Source: Gemmatimonadales bacterium (lineage in GTDB: Bacteria; Gemmatimonadota; Gemmatimonadetes; Gemmatimonadales; GWC2-71-9). Taken from it: a DNA stretch of 57,600 nt. The DNA lies in assembly GCA_011772755.1 (NCBI GenBank), contig WVYX01000273.1:1-57600 (forward strand), read 5' to 3'. The position numbers and the translations under genes were made by a program. Positions 18,135 to 27,382 of the stretch are shown piece by piece. The notes beneath the pieces are model-generated. The model saw nothing but the letters and a program-made list of their open reading frames with translations. It searched no databases and was not told where the DNA came from. Each line of letters starts with the position of its first letter. The stretch's first letter is position 1.

Positions 18135-20422
18135 GCCAAGCCCCGCTGACGCCGATATCCCCACTCGGCGGCGATCAGGCCGACCAGCATGAGAAACAAC
18201 ACCGGCATATCCCACAAGTCCCGCTCCTCGTGTACCGTCGTGCCGCTCTCGGTGAAGCTCACATCTTCCGGAAGCGTGCCGATTGTCGCGGGCGTGTAGA
18301 ACCGCCCTCCAGTCTCATCCGCGATGCGCTCGAGGAGCGAGGCCCGCATTTCCGCGTCGAAGTACTCCGTCTGGAGGTCGCCGGCCTGCACGTACGACTC
18401 CGCACTGCCCAGTGGGACGCCCGCCTGCTGCGCCTGCACGCGGACCTCGTAGAGACCGTCCTCTTCTGCTAGGAAGCTCGCTCGGTACTCGCCATCTCGC
18501 TCAACCGTCCACTCCATGGGGACCTCGCGCTCAAGACCGCCAGGTGTCGTGACGTTCGCTACGACCTCGGCACCGTTGAGTCGGATGTACCCTGAGTCAG
18601 AAACCTCAGCCGTAATCGTCACGGGTGCGCCTCGCTCCACCCGATCAAGCGAGGAGGTCACCGCAACGCGATCCGTGACCCCGCTCACCAGCCAGCGAAG
18701 CAGCTGACGCCAGAAGGTCTCGTGCGTCATGTCGTCTACGGGGATGTCGGCATGCATCTGCCAGAGCCAGGAGTCCTGCACCGGGAACGCCATCGCTCTG
18801 CCGCGCCCGTACCGCTGATGAGCGAGAACGACCAGCGGATCCGACAAGTCGGCGGCGCGGCCGGTGAGCAGGGTGCTGGCCCCCGGCTTCACTTCCCTCA
18901 GCGGATTCAACATCGACAGCTCCGGAAGCTCCTTCCACCGCGCCTCAGAAGATTCCACGTCCTCTGCAAGCTGCGTCACTGGATGGCCGCGACCGTACGG
19001 GGTGAGTCCCACCTTGACCTCTGCGAAGAACGAGCCGCCGTCCGATGAGGCGTCGGAGTCCAACACGATGGGCAACGCCTCGGCCAGTGGCGTGCCGGCA
19101 TAGCCGCCCCGGGCAAAGGCATGGCGGCCGCCCAGGGCAAGCAGACCGCCTCCGCGCTGGCCGACGAACTCCGTGATCATCCCGAGTTGGTCATGGGTGA
19201 AGAAGCTCGCCTCAACGCTTCCGAGAATCAGCCCATCATAGCGGAAGAGCTCTTCACGCACTTTGGGGAAGCCGCCGGCGAGCTCACTGGGGTCGTCTAC
19301 GCCGATGCGATAGAACTTGTTCTCCGCCGTGCGTTGCAGGACCACTACCCGCAGGTTCTCGTCGTCGGCAATCGCACGTCGAACGAACTTCACTTCGAAA
19401 CGCGGCTCACCTTCGAAGTAGAGGATCTTCCGTTCCCCACTATCCACGAAGACGAGGGCTTCCAGCACATTGTTCTGGCTTACAGCTTCGCCTGGCTGCG
19501 CTGCAGCGCGGAAGCGAAACAGCCGTGGGCCGACTTCGTTCGCGGTAAAGTGCACGCGCACCGGCGCCGTCTCCCCCTCACCCGGCAGCCGCACGTCCTG
19601 GGCGCTCACGATCCTGCCCGCGTCCTCCACTGTGAGCCGGACAGTCTCGCCGCCGAACCCGGAGTGGGCCACCGTCAGGTCCACGGCCACCGAAGATCCC
19701 TGAAGCACGGTCCGCGGCGTCGCAACCCGCTCCAGCGCGATGTCCTTCGCGAACCGCTGTGCGCCGAGCCCCACGGTATGCACGGGGACGCGACCTGCCG
19801 CTAGTTGCAGCAGTATCTCTGTAAGGGGCGCATCCGCATTGTCGGCGCCGTCGGTAATGAGCACCAGGCCGGCCAAGGGAACTGCCGCCAACTCCCGGCG
19901 TGCTGCGTCGAGCGCCCGCGCTAGATCCGTCCGCCTGCCGGTGAACGTTAGCTCGCCCACGTCCCCCAATCGCTGCACGGTCTCGGAGAACCGGAAGAAG
20001 CGGAGCTTGAACCGGTCACCCAGGGCCGCGACGAGTTCGCTTCCCTCTGGCCCGAACGTCTCATGAATGAACTCGCTCCGGGGCTGCTCTCCCTCGTCGG
20101 CAATCTGCATGCTGCGTGAGTCGTCGATCAGAATGCCCAGGAAGTTCTGTTGCGGCACCACGGTGGCGATCACCAGCATGGGCCGGGCCAGGCAGAACAC
20201 GAGAATCCCCAGCACCGCCAGTCTCAGGCCCGCCAGCAATGCCCGGTCTGGCGTCCTGAGCCTCGCCTGAGGCCGCGTGTAGATCACCACCGCCGGGAGT
20301 GCCGCCGCTGCGCCGGCCAGCAGCACCAGCGCGATCGGCCACGGGGCGTCAAACGCCAGCTCGCCACGCTCGAACACCACGGGGCGGTACTTGAAGAGAA
20401 ACTGAAACAGACCCTCGAACAT
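18131..20422 (-). CDS. Membrane protein with vWA-like, Ig-like and class I glutamine-amidotransferase-like domains
   Basis: N-terminal TMs, IDDSRSM (MIDAS), ITDG, ILYFEGEPRFEVKF, GGGLLALGG, FWRQLLRWL, C-terminal TM with EWGYRRQRGLA. Confidence 0.82.
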   Translation of the reverse strand: MFEGLFQFLFKYRPVVFERGELAFDAPWPIALVLLAGAAAALPAVVIYTRPQARLRTPDRALLAGLRLAVLGILVFCLARPMLVIATVVPQQNFLGILIDDSRSMQIADEGEQPRSEFIHETFGPEGSELVAALGDRFKLRFFRFSETVQRLGDVGELTFTGRRTDLARALDAARRELAAVPLAGLVLITDGADNADAPLTEILLQLAAGRVPVHTVGLGAQRFAKDIALERVATPRTVLQGSSVAVDLTVAHSGFGGETVRLTVEDAGRIVSAQDVRLPGEGETAPVRVHFTANEVGPRLFRFRAAAQPGEAVSQNNVLEALVFVDSGERKILYFEGEPRFEVKFVRRAIADDENLRVVVLQRTAENKFYRIGVDDPSELAGGFPKVREELFRYDGLILGSVEASFFTHDQLGMITEFVGQRGGGLLALGGRHAFARGGYAGTPLAEALPIVLDSDASSDGGSFFAEVKVGLTPYGRGHPVTQLAEDVESSEARWKELPELSMLNPLREVKPGASTLLTGRAADLSDPLVVLAHQRYGRGRAMAFPVQDSWLWQMHADIPVDDMTHETFWRQLLRWLVSGVTDRVAVTSSLDRVERGAPVTITAEVSDSGYIRLNGAEVVANVTTPGGLEREVPMEWTVERDGEYRASFLAEEDGLYEVRVQAQQAGVPLGSAESYVQAGDLQTEYFDAEMRASLLERIADETGGRFYTPATIGTLPEDVSFTESGTTVHEERDLWDMPVLFLMLVGLIAAEWGYRRQRGLA

Positions 20423-20430
20423 GGTTCAGC

Positions 20431-20467
20431 GCCGCCTGCGCAACGGACTTCTGGGAGGCCGCACTAG
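20431..20467. mobile_element. Solo right end of the IS630-like MITE
   Basis: 37 nt with 33/37 identity to 21463-21499, ending in CTAG. Confidence 0.65.
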
Positions 20468-21246
20468 TGGCTCATCCCGTAGAGGATCATGTTGATGCCC
20501 AGTTGGTAAGCGAAGTTCGAGAACTGCAGCGGGTACCAGGGATCTTCGGCCCACTCCCAGGCGTCCCCCAGGTCCGTGTTCCAATTGATCACCACCATCA
20601 GCCGCCCGTGCTGGTCGAAGATACCCCGCAGAGCCGGAACGTATCCGTCGTACTGCCACGTAGGCCGTCCATTCACGCCCCCCCCGCGACCCGGCACCTG
20701 GAGGATCTCGTCGATGTGATAGAAGGCGCTGAGCAACGCGTGATCCACGGGGATATCGACGATGTCATACTCCGGCAACACACGGCGCATCTCGGCTTCG
20801 AAGTTGGCCCACTGTCGTGTGCCCCAGAAATCATCGATCACGAGAAACCCGCCGGCCAGCAAGTAGTCGCGCAACCCCGCCACTTCCGGTTCCGTGAGGG
20901 ACATGTAGCCGACTTCCAGCGCGTAGAGGAATGGAAAGCGACGCAAGTCGGGATCATCGAGGCGCACGGGATTCTCGAGCTCGTAGGCATCGATATTCGT
21001 CAGATGCCGGAGCCCGATGAGGAACTGGCGGTCCGCCTTGGGAAAGTCCACCGCCCAGCTCCCGAAGCGGCGGCGTCCGTAGCTCGTGTACTCAGCCCTC
21101 GTGAAGTAGAAGGCCCGACCCTGGGCGTTCGCCTCGCGGGCTGGCCGCTGACCCTGGGGCCGGGCTGGCGCACCGAGGGGCTGCACCCAGAGCACGGTTC
21201 CCATGCTCAGGAGGCCCAGAACGGGCAGGGTGACGGCTCGGGTCAG
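20464..21246 (-). CDS. DUF4159 domain protein, first gene of the operon (possible CTG start at 21246; first ATG at 21204)
   Basis: FYFTRAEY, WAVDFPKAD, GGFLVIDDFWG, NTDLGDAWEW, GINMILYGMSH. GGAGG lies 5 nt before the in-frame CTG. Confidence 0.85.
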   Translation of the reverse strand: MTRAVTLPVLGLLSMGTVLWVQPLGAPARPQGQRPAREANAQGRAFYFTRAEYTSYGRRRFGSWAVDFPKADRQFLIGLRHLTNIDAYELENPVRLDDPDLRRFPFLYALEVGYMSLTEPEVAGLRDYLLAGGFLVIDDFWGTRQWANFEAEMRRVLPEYDIVDIPVDHALLSAFYHIDEILQVPGRGGGVNGRPTWQYDGYVPALRGIFDQHGRLMVVINWNTDLGDAWEWAEDPWYPLQFSNFAYQLGINMILYGMSH

Positions 21247-21342
21247 ATGTTCCTCCCACCATGGGGGCCAGGTCCGTCAGGACCAATACCAGCAATACCG
21301 GCGCCGGCGGCGTTGGTTCCCGGCGCCGGCCCTGGCGGATGA

Positions 21343-21358
21343 AGCACGCAAGATGCCA
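21343..21358 (-). promoter_or_regulatory. Possible sigma-54 (-24/-12) promoter for the MoxR/vWA operon
   Basis: TGGCATCTTGCGTGCT has the GG-N10-GC spacing but is an imperfect consensus match. Confidence 0.3.
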
Positions 21359-21413
21359 CCAATGGCGCGGTCCCGACAGGTGTGGTAGCCTCTACGAGCA
21401 CGGTGCGCACTGG

Positions 21414-21499
21414 CTAGTGTCCTGTCCCAGAAGTCCGCCGCATATGTTCCGCACCGATGCATGCCGCTTGTGCAACGAACTTCTGGGACGCCGCACTAG
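21414..21499. mobile_element. Miniature inverted-repeat element (MITE) with IS630-like ends
   Basis: CTAGTGTCCTGTCCCAGAAGT...ACTTCTGGGACGCCGCACTAG: terminal inverted repeats with CTAG/TA at both ends and no ORF. Confidence 0.65.
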
Positions 21500-21560
21500 C
21501 GGGCCATTTGTTTGGGATCAGGACTGGCATCGTCCACGGATACACGGCGGTGTGCCATCG

Positions 21561-22526
21561 ATGGAATCACGACCGCTGGACAGGGTGCGGACTAGGTGTG
21601 GCGAGGTGGCGCAGCAGTCCGGGCACGTTCGGATAATGCATCACGCGATCCAGCCCTACGCTGCGTCGCTGCCATCGGATCAACCAACCCGGCCGACAAT
21701 GGACTCCAGTTGCCATCTCCTGGGCGGGGGAGATGCCACAGTCGCGTTCTTCCTCACCCTGGATGCGATCAACTTCGGCTCGGGCTACTTCCCCCACCTG
21801 CGGAAGCGCCCGGGCATGTCGGGGTATTTCACGGTGGCGTCCTCCCTCAAGGACTACTACGAGCAACATGGTCCGCCTTCGGCGGAGGAACTCACGCAGT
21901 TCTCCGCCGAGAACTGCGCAGGCATCTTCGATCAGGACCTCGAGCACCCCGTCACCAGGGAGCTGATGCGGCTGTTCGCGACGGCGCTCAACGACCTGGG
22001 CGCATACCTACTGGAGCGTTTCGAGGGGAGCTTCTTGGGGTTGGTGCAAGCCGCGGGAGGATCGGCCGAGCGCCTAGTCGAGTTGCTGATCGAGATGCCG
22101 TACTTCAACGACGTGGCGTCCTACAACGGCCTCGACGTGCCGTTTTACAAGCGGGCCCAAATCACGGCGGCCGATCTTTCCCTCGCGTTCGATGGCAAGG
22201 GACCCGGTCGATTCGACGACCTGGAGCGTCTCACCGTCTTCGCAGACAACCTGGTGCCGCACGTGCTCCGACTCGACGGCATCCTGCGGTACGACGACTC
22301 GCTGGCCGCGGACATCGAAGCCGGCGTGCTGATTCAGTCGGGATCGCCTCGAGAAGTGGAAATCCGCGCGTGCGCCGTGCATGCCGTGGAGTGCCTGGCG
22401 GACGTCTTGCGGGAGGCCGGGCGATCGGTCACGGCGATGGGACTCGACTACCTGTTGTGGAATCGGGGGCAGCAGCCGGCCTACAAAGCGCGGCCACGCC
22501 ACAGGACTCGTTCCGTCTTCTACTGA
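21561..22526 (+). CDS. Queuosine salvage protein (DUF2419/QNG1-like queuosine nucleotide N-glycosylase)
   Basis: LDAINFGSG, FYKRAQITAADL, LTVFADNLVPHVLR, EVEIRA, LDYLLW, HRTRSVFY. Confidence 0.9.
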   Translation: MESRPLDRVRTRCGEVAQQSGHVRIMHHAIQPYAASLPSDQPTRPTMDSSCHLLGGGDATVAFFLTLDAINFGSGYFPHLRKRPGMSGYFTVASSLKDYYEQHGPPSAEELTQFSAENCAGIFDQDLEHPVTRELMRLFATALNDLGAYLLERFEGSFLGLVQAAGGSAERLVELLIEMPYFNDVASYNGLDVPFYKRAQITAADLSLAFDGKGPGRFDDLERLTVFADNLVPHVLRLDGILRYDDSLAADIEAGVLIQSGSPREVEIRACAVHAVECLADVLREAGRSVTAMGLDYLLWNRGQQPAYKARPRHRTRSVFY

Positions 22527-22599
22527 AGGTCGGGGCAGCCCCCAGCCTTACTTCCCCGGCTGTGCGTCGATAGCGCCGACTTCGCGTATCCCCCTGCAC

Positions 22600-23655
22600 C
22601 TAGGACCTGTCGTGAACGCGAAGCGCATCACTTTGGTCGTCCTGCACGGCCCGTCGGTGCCGCTCGATGAACTCGTCCACCTCTTTGGGGACGAACATGT
22701 TGTCGGCGATGTTGGCAATCGCTTCAGCCTCGCGCCACGCCAGCTCCAGCTCCACCAACTCCCCCATGAGCGCCCGCATCTCCTGCTCCTCGTGCAGCGC
22801 CATCTCCAACGCCAGCCTGGTCGGCGCGGGCAGCTTGCGGATCACACCGAGCTTGCCGGGGAAGAGAGGCCGCCCGTGCCCCGGCTGCCAGTTGTCTGGG
22901 TCCAGCTCGCGAGACGCATTCCTGAGGTAGCTCTCCGGATCACCGGCGGTTTCGATCTTGGCAACAGCATCTTGTACCGCCCGCTTCGAGCCAGCCATGC
23001 GATTGAGCGCCGGCAACAGGTGACTCGTGACGCGCATGGCCTCGGGACCTTCGAAGGTTTCCTTGCCTTTCGAGTGTTTGATGCTCACCACCCAATGCTC
23101 GGAGCCCGGCTCCATGAGGAACCGTGCCTTGTGAAGGTCGGTTTGGCGGAACTTGAGCACCCTCCCGTCGTTGGTCCTGATCCGCACCCGCACGGGGATG
23201 TTCAGGACCAGGTTGGGGATCTGCCCCGCAAAGCCGGCGCCAACCCCCACGGCGATCCCGCCAGCCGCCACGGCGCCGGCGGCCACCACCAGGCCGCTGG
23301 TCACCAGAATGGCCCGCTTGCGCCGCCGCCCGAACTGATCGCCGTAGCGCCAGGCGGCGAACTCGGGACGCAGCGGCTCGCCGATCCGCACCAACTCGAG
23401 GCCTTCCTTGAGCCTGGCGAGGCCGATGTTGTCGCTAGACGCTCGCAAGCGAGTGCCGTGGAACAGGCGCTCGCATTCTTCGAAGGCCTCCCAGCGCTCC
23501 TCGAGAGGAGTGAGGTTCCAGCGCTCACATTTCCGACATACGACCCACAGGCGGCCCTTGGCAGAATCGAACGCTAAACGACGGCCCACGGGGAACGACT
23601 CAACGACTTCGTTGCTCCCGAGAAGACGCTTGCAGAAGATGCAGGTGGAATACAT
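22600..23655 (-). CDS. Conserved hypothetical protein with an N-terminal Zn-ribbon and a central TM
   Basis: MYSTCIFC...WVVCRKCERWNLTPLEERWE, a Gly/Ala-rich TM, and C-terminal LALEMALHEE...WREAEAIA. Confidence 0.8.
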   Translation of the reverse strand: MYSTCIFCKRLLGSNEVVESFPVGRRLAFDSAKGRLWVVCRKCERWNLTPLEERWEAFEECERLFHGTRLRASSDNIGLARLKEGLELVRIGEPLRPEFAAWRYGDQFGRRRKRAILVTSGLVVAAGAVAAGGIAVGVGAGFAGQIPNLVLNIPVRVRIRTNDGRVLKFRQTDLHKARFLMEPGSEHWVVSIKHSKGKETFEGPEAMRVTSHLLPALNRMAGSKRAVQDAVAKIETAGDPESYLRNASRELDPDNWQPGHGRPLFPGKLGVIRKLPAPTRLALEMALHEEQEMRALMGELVELELAWREAEAIANIADNMFVPKEVDEFIERHRRAVQDDQSDALRVHDRS

Positions 23656-23657
23656 GC

Positions 23658-24188
23658 CTACCAGGCCGTATAGGCGGCACGGACGGAATGCCGCGCGAAC
23701 CAGATGAGCAGAAACACTGGAAAGGCGACGGCAATCGCGGCTCCCATGATGAACGCCACGGCAATGACGCCTTCCCAACCGGCGACTTGCTGCTGCAGCG
23801 TTCCCTCCGGAATCCGCTGAAACCAGGCATACGCCAGCCCGGTGTGCACCAAGGCCCACGGTATGGCGACCAGTGACCACGCTTTACAGAGTGTGACACC
23901 GATTTGGCGGCGCCGGACCAGAAAGATTGACCCGGTCAAGAGGAGCACGCCGAGCAGCCAGCCGATGATGCTGGAGAACAGAAGCCAACCGGGTGGTGGC
24001 AGCATCTCTTCGAGGGACCGAAGGAACTCGGTACTGAAAAGCACTACGAGCTCTTCCCGCGACCAGACGGCCGGACTCACCAGATCGCCGAATGCGTCGA
24101 TCAAGCTCAGCACGGCCAGAATGATGCCGATGGTGCCAATCACCGCAGGCCAGCGGGCCCTCGTTTTCACAACCTGATTGTCATTCAC
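23658..24188 (-). CDS. Integral membrane protein (about 4 TM)
   Basis: GTG with GGGAGG RBS; four hydrophobic segments. Confidence 0.7.
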   Translation of the reverse strand: MNDNQVVKTRARWPAVIGTIGIILAVLSLIDAFGDLVSPAVWSREELVVLFSTEFLRSLEEMLPPPGWLLFSSIIGWLLGVLLLTGSIFLVRRRQIGVTLCKAWSLVAIPWALVHTGLAYAWFQRIPEGTLQQQVAGWEGVIAVAFIMGAAIAVAFPVFLLIWFARHSVRAAYTAW

Positions 24189-24264
24189 AGCCAGCCCTCC
24201 CACCACTGACTCCCGCCCGGCCAAACACGCACCGGCCCAAGGCCTCACCCAATGGCACCGGTGA

Positions 24265-24723
24265 TTACGGAGTGGCCGCGGTCTCCCGGCGCCACTCGTA
24301 CGCCCCTGCACCACACAGGATCGCCGTGGGCAGCTCGATGACGCTGAACCCAAGACTCAGCAACACCACGCTCCCGGGAAACACCGCCACATTGGCTAGG
24401 CTGGCGAGAGGGAGCAGCGCCAAGAGCAACACCATGGCTACGGTCACCAGCAGAGACTGGCCCACAGGGCGACCGTGGCTGCGCATCAACGCGTAGATCC
24501 ACATGATCACAACGCACTCGGCGAAGAAGATCAGGTTGTCCACGAGGGCATACCTGAAGCCCGAGCGGGAGAAATCGAAGTATCGAGCAAGCAGCTCGTC
24601 TTCACTGACATTGAAGAGGATCGCAACCAGACCCTCCACGACGAATTCCACGACGACATACCCGAGACCGGCGACCACACCAGCAAGCAGCACGCGAGGA
24701 ACCCTGACCCTCTCCTCCATCAC
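24265..24723 (-). CDS. Integral membrane protein (about 4 TM)
   Basis: Hydrophobic helices throughout; GAGGGG RBS. Confidence 0.7.
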   Translation of the reverse strand: MMEERVRVPRVLLAGVVAGLGYVVVEFVVEGLVAILFNVSEDELLARYFDFSRSGFRYALVDNLIFFAECVVIMWIYALMRSHGRPVGQSLLVTVAMVLLLALLPLASLANVAVFPGSVVLLSLGFSVIELPTAILCGAGAYEWRRETAATP

Positions 24724-24908
24724 GACCCCCCCTCAGTGGACGCGATCACGCTTCAGACCCCACGGCGAGATGAGCTTAAGAGGCGCAGCTAGCTGGAATG
24801 ACATCCTGGCAACTTAGCCACGACACCCAATTGGCGCCCACCCTCACCTCCGACCCCGCCATGCTGTCCCGCCTTTCACCATTCCCCGCGTCCACTGGGG
24901 CATCGCAG

Positions 24909-25616
24909 CTAGGGCACCCGGGGCGCCCTCACCGTCTGACCGGCCTGCTGCAACACGAACGCCACCGCGCGATCACCCTCGACCTCAAACGTGAGGCGAA
25001 TATTCGTGTCCGCCGAGACGACGAACACGTGGTCGCCCATATAGTCCAGCTTCGTCGCCGGCTGCCCGGTGGCCTGCGCCATGAGGCTCTCGCCTTCCTC
25101 GTAGATACGCACCTGCATCTGGCCCAGATCGTAGGTACCCACGTAACGAGCCCGCTCCTCAGCCGAGAGCGATACCTCCCGAATATTGGGATCCCACAAG
25201 ACATTCACGATCTTCCAGCCTTCGTTCCACCGCACGATGTGCAGGTAATCCACGAAGTCCGGCGAGACGGCCTTGACGCTGGCGACGTTGTTGAAGATGT
25301 CAAGAACGTACACGCTGCACTTGTCCTTCTTCTCGGGGGCGCTGCTTCCGCCGCCGGACCTGGTTATTTCCACCATCATGGACTTCGTCAGGTGCCGGAT
25401 CATGCTTCGCTGGGTCTGCGGATTGTTGACTACCGTCCGCTTCGCCAGATCGGGATGGAGAGCCCGCTCCATCCGCTCAGCGCTCCCCTCGTACCAGCCT
25501 TCGATGTAGTCCAGCGCAGCCTGCTTGATCGCCACCGTATCTGCCGCGCTCTGCCCGCTCGCTTGCGGAACCAGCACCAGCGTGAGAATGGCAGCTACTC
25601 CGATAATCCTTCGCAT
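24909..25616 (-). CDS. Secreted NTF2-like (lumazine-binding-2) + DUF3471-like protein
   Basis: Signal peptide, DYIEGWYEG..RMERALHPDLAKR, DYLHIVRWNEGWKIVNVLW, then YVGTY...QATGQP beta domain. Confidence 0.8.
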   Translation of the reverse strand: MRRIIGVAAILTLVLVPQASGQSAADTVAIKQAALDYIEGWYEGSAERMERALHPDLAKRTVVNNPQTQRSMIRHLTKSMMVEITRSGGGSSAPEKKDKCSVYVLDIFNNVASVKAVSPDFVDYLHIVRWNEGWKIVNVLWDPNIREVSLSAEERARYVGTYDLGQMQVRIYEEGESLMAQATGQPATKLDYMGDHVFVVSADTNIRLTFEVEGDRAVAFVLQQAGQTVRAPRVP

Positions 25617-25760
25617 GCTCCGTCCCTCCGTGGTTCATTCGGTATCACGTGAAACGCACTCTTTGGCAGCCTGACTGAATCGCACATGCCACACCCTGCG
25701 GCGGCCACGCGACTACACTGAGACGTGAGCGACTCGGCCGGCTTCACCTAGACACAGCTG

Positions 25761-27050
25761 CTACCCCGCCCCGCGATCCCCCCGTCCCGGCGACGACGCC
25801 GAGGCGACTGTTTCGTCGCCACCGGCGCCCACGATGCGGAGGCGCATCACGTACTGCACATCCAGCTCGTCCCGCCAGACGCCGTAGATGTTGTTATCCC
25901 GGAACAGGCGCGGCGCGAACCGGCGCGGCATGGACACCACTCCCAAGAACCGCCCCTCAGAATCGAACACATCCCAATCCGGCGCCCCGGAATCCTCGAG
26001 CAGGTTGAACTGTTCGAGCTCCTCCTCGCTGAGCGCGGCAACTGACTGAGTGTGTTGGACCCAGACGGTGCCGTTGGGTCCCGATTGGATGTTGGAAAAC
26101 GCGGGGAAGAACTCGCCGAAGTGCACGATGCTCTTGAGCTGCGGCAACACGGCAGGTGGCACTCCCGCGTCCGTCCACGCCCGTTCCAGGAATCCCATCA
26201 CTGCTTCTTTGTCTTGCTCACTAACGGGGGCGCGGTGGAACGGCTTGCTGAGGATCCGCTCGCATGTCCCGTCGGCCAAGTAGACGTGAATGCGGTATTC
26301 ATCGTTGACCCCAAACAGCAGCCGCAGATCGGGAGTGAGTTCCCACACCGCCTCGCGGGAGTACAGGTTCAGCTCCGGCGTGCTGCCGCCCAGGTTGAGC
26401 GTCTTGCCGGACGGGAACTTCATCAGCGTATCCGCGACCGATCCGTCGGACGCCAGTAGCACGATGGCGTCCAGCGAATCCGGTGCCGGCCGGTCAGGGA
26501 GCGCCAGAGGACGCACCTGCTCCGCGATCACACCGGAGGGGGTCGCCCTAAAGACCGCCGGCAGCCCATCCTCGAGGGACAGCCGCACACTCTCCAGCGC
26601 CGTGCCGTCAGGCGCATACCGGTTGATTCGCTGGGTCTGGATATCGGGGACGAACAGGGTGTCTCCGGGTCCCATCACCAGGGACATGGCTCCCGTCAGC
26701 TCGCCCGGTCCCTGGCCAGGCCCGCCGACGGTCTGCTGATACTGGCCGTCCGGCGTAAACACCCTGACTTCCTGTGCCTGACCGTCCAGCACGAAGATCC
26801 CGCCGCCCGAGCCCAGCGCGATGCCGCCGATCTGCCCGAACTGGTAATCGGGGTCTCCTTCGACAGCCCCGATCCGGAGCTCTTCCTCAACCGTCCACCG
26901 CGTAGCCGGCGTCCACATGCCCTCCGAGGGGTTGGCCACGATGGCTATCCCAGCGCTGTCGGTTAGGGTGCCGGTCCATTCAACACCGCCCGAACAAGCG
27001 CCGGCAACGACCGTCACACACATCAGCGCGCCAAGTGGTCTCCTTGTCAC
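25761..27050 (-). CDS. 6-bladed beta-propeller lipoprotein
   Basis: Lipobox VAGAC, DSAGIAIV, EELRIG, GGPGQGPGEL, WDVFDSEGRFLG, DELDVQYV; AGGAGG RBS. Confidence 0.85.
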   Translation of the reverse strand: MTRRPLGALMCVTVVAGACSGGVEWTGTLTDSAGIAIVANPSEGMWTPATRWTVEEELRIGAVEGDPDYQFGQIGGIALGSGGGIFVLDGQAQEVRVFTPDGQYQQTVGGPGQGPGELTGAMSLVMGPGDTLFVPDIQTQRINRYAPDGTALESVRLSLEDGLPAVFRATPSGVIAEQVRPLALPDRPAPDSLDAIVLLASDGSVADTLMKFPSGKTLNLGGSTPELNLYSREAVWELTPDLRLLFGVNDEYRIHVYLADGTCERILSKPFHRAPVSEQDKEAVMGFLERAWTDAGVPPAVLPQLKSIVHFGEFFPAFSNIQSGPNGTVWVQHTQSVAALSEEELEQFNLLEDSGAPDWDVFDSEGRFLGVVSMPRRFAPRLFRDNNIYGVWRDELDVQYVMRLRIVGAGGDETVASASSPGRGDRGAG

Positions 27051-27217
27051 AGCTCTCAACCTCCTGTTCTCGGCAAAGCCGGCGAGAGGCCTCGTGCCTA
27101 GCACAGCCTCCTCACCACCAGATTGGGCTGCTCCTGGACGGCGCAGTCACCGCCCCAGCTCCACGCAGCAGTGCGGGGACACAGCCGAGATCATCCTATG
27201 GAAAATGGATTGTTTCC

Positions 27218-27242
27218 AGATACATATGTATTATATGTATAT
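27218..27242. promoter_or_regulatory. AT-rich inverted repeat, candidate PadR box
   Basis: AGATACATAT-gtatt-ATATGTATAT between divergent genes in an otherwise GC-rich region. Confidence 0.45.
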
Positions 27243-27382
27243 TGGCTAGTCAAGCTGCCGGGGTGGCAGCGTCCGGTCACACTCACCCCGAACCGAACCG
27301 CCCCGCAGCACCCAGCAGTCCCGGGGCATGTAAGTCGTTGGCTGCCACAACAATACCAAGAGGGATGCCGAAGGAGACCACT

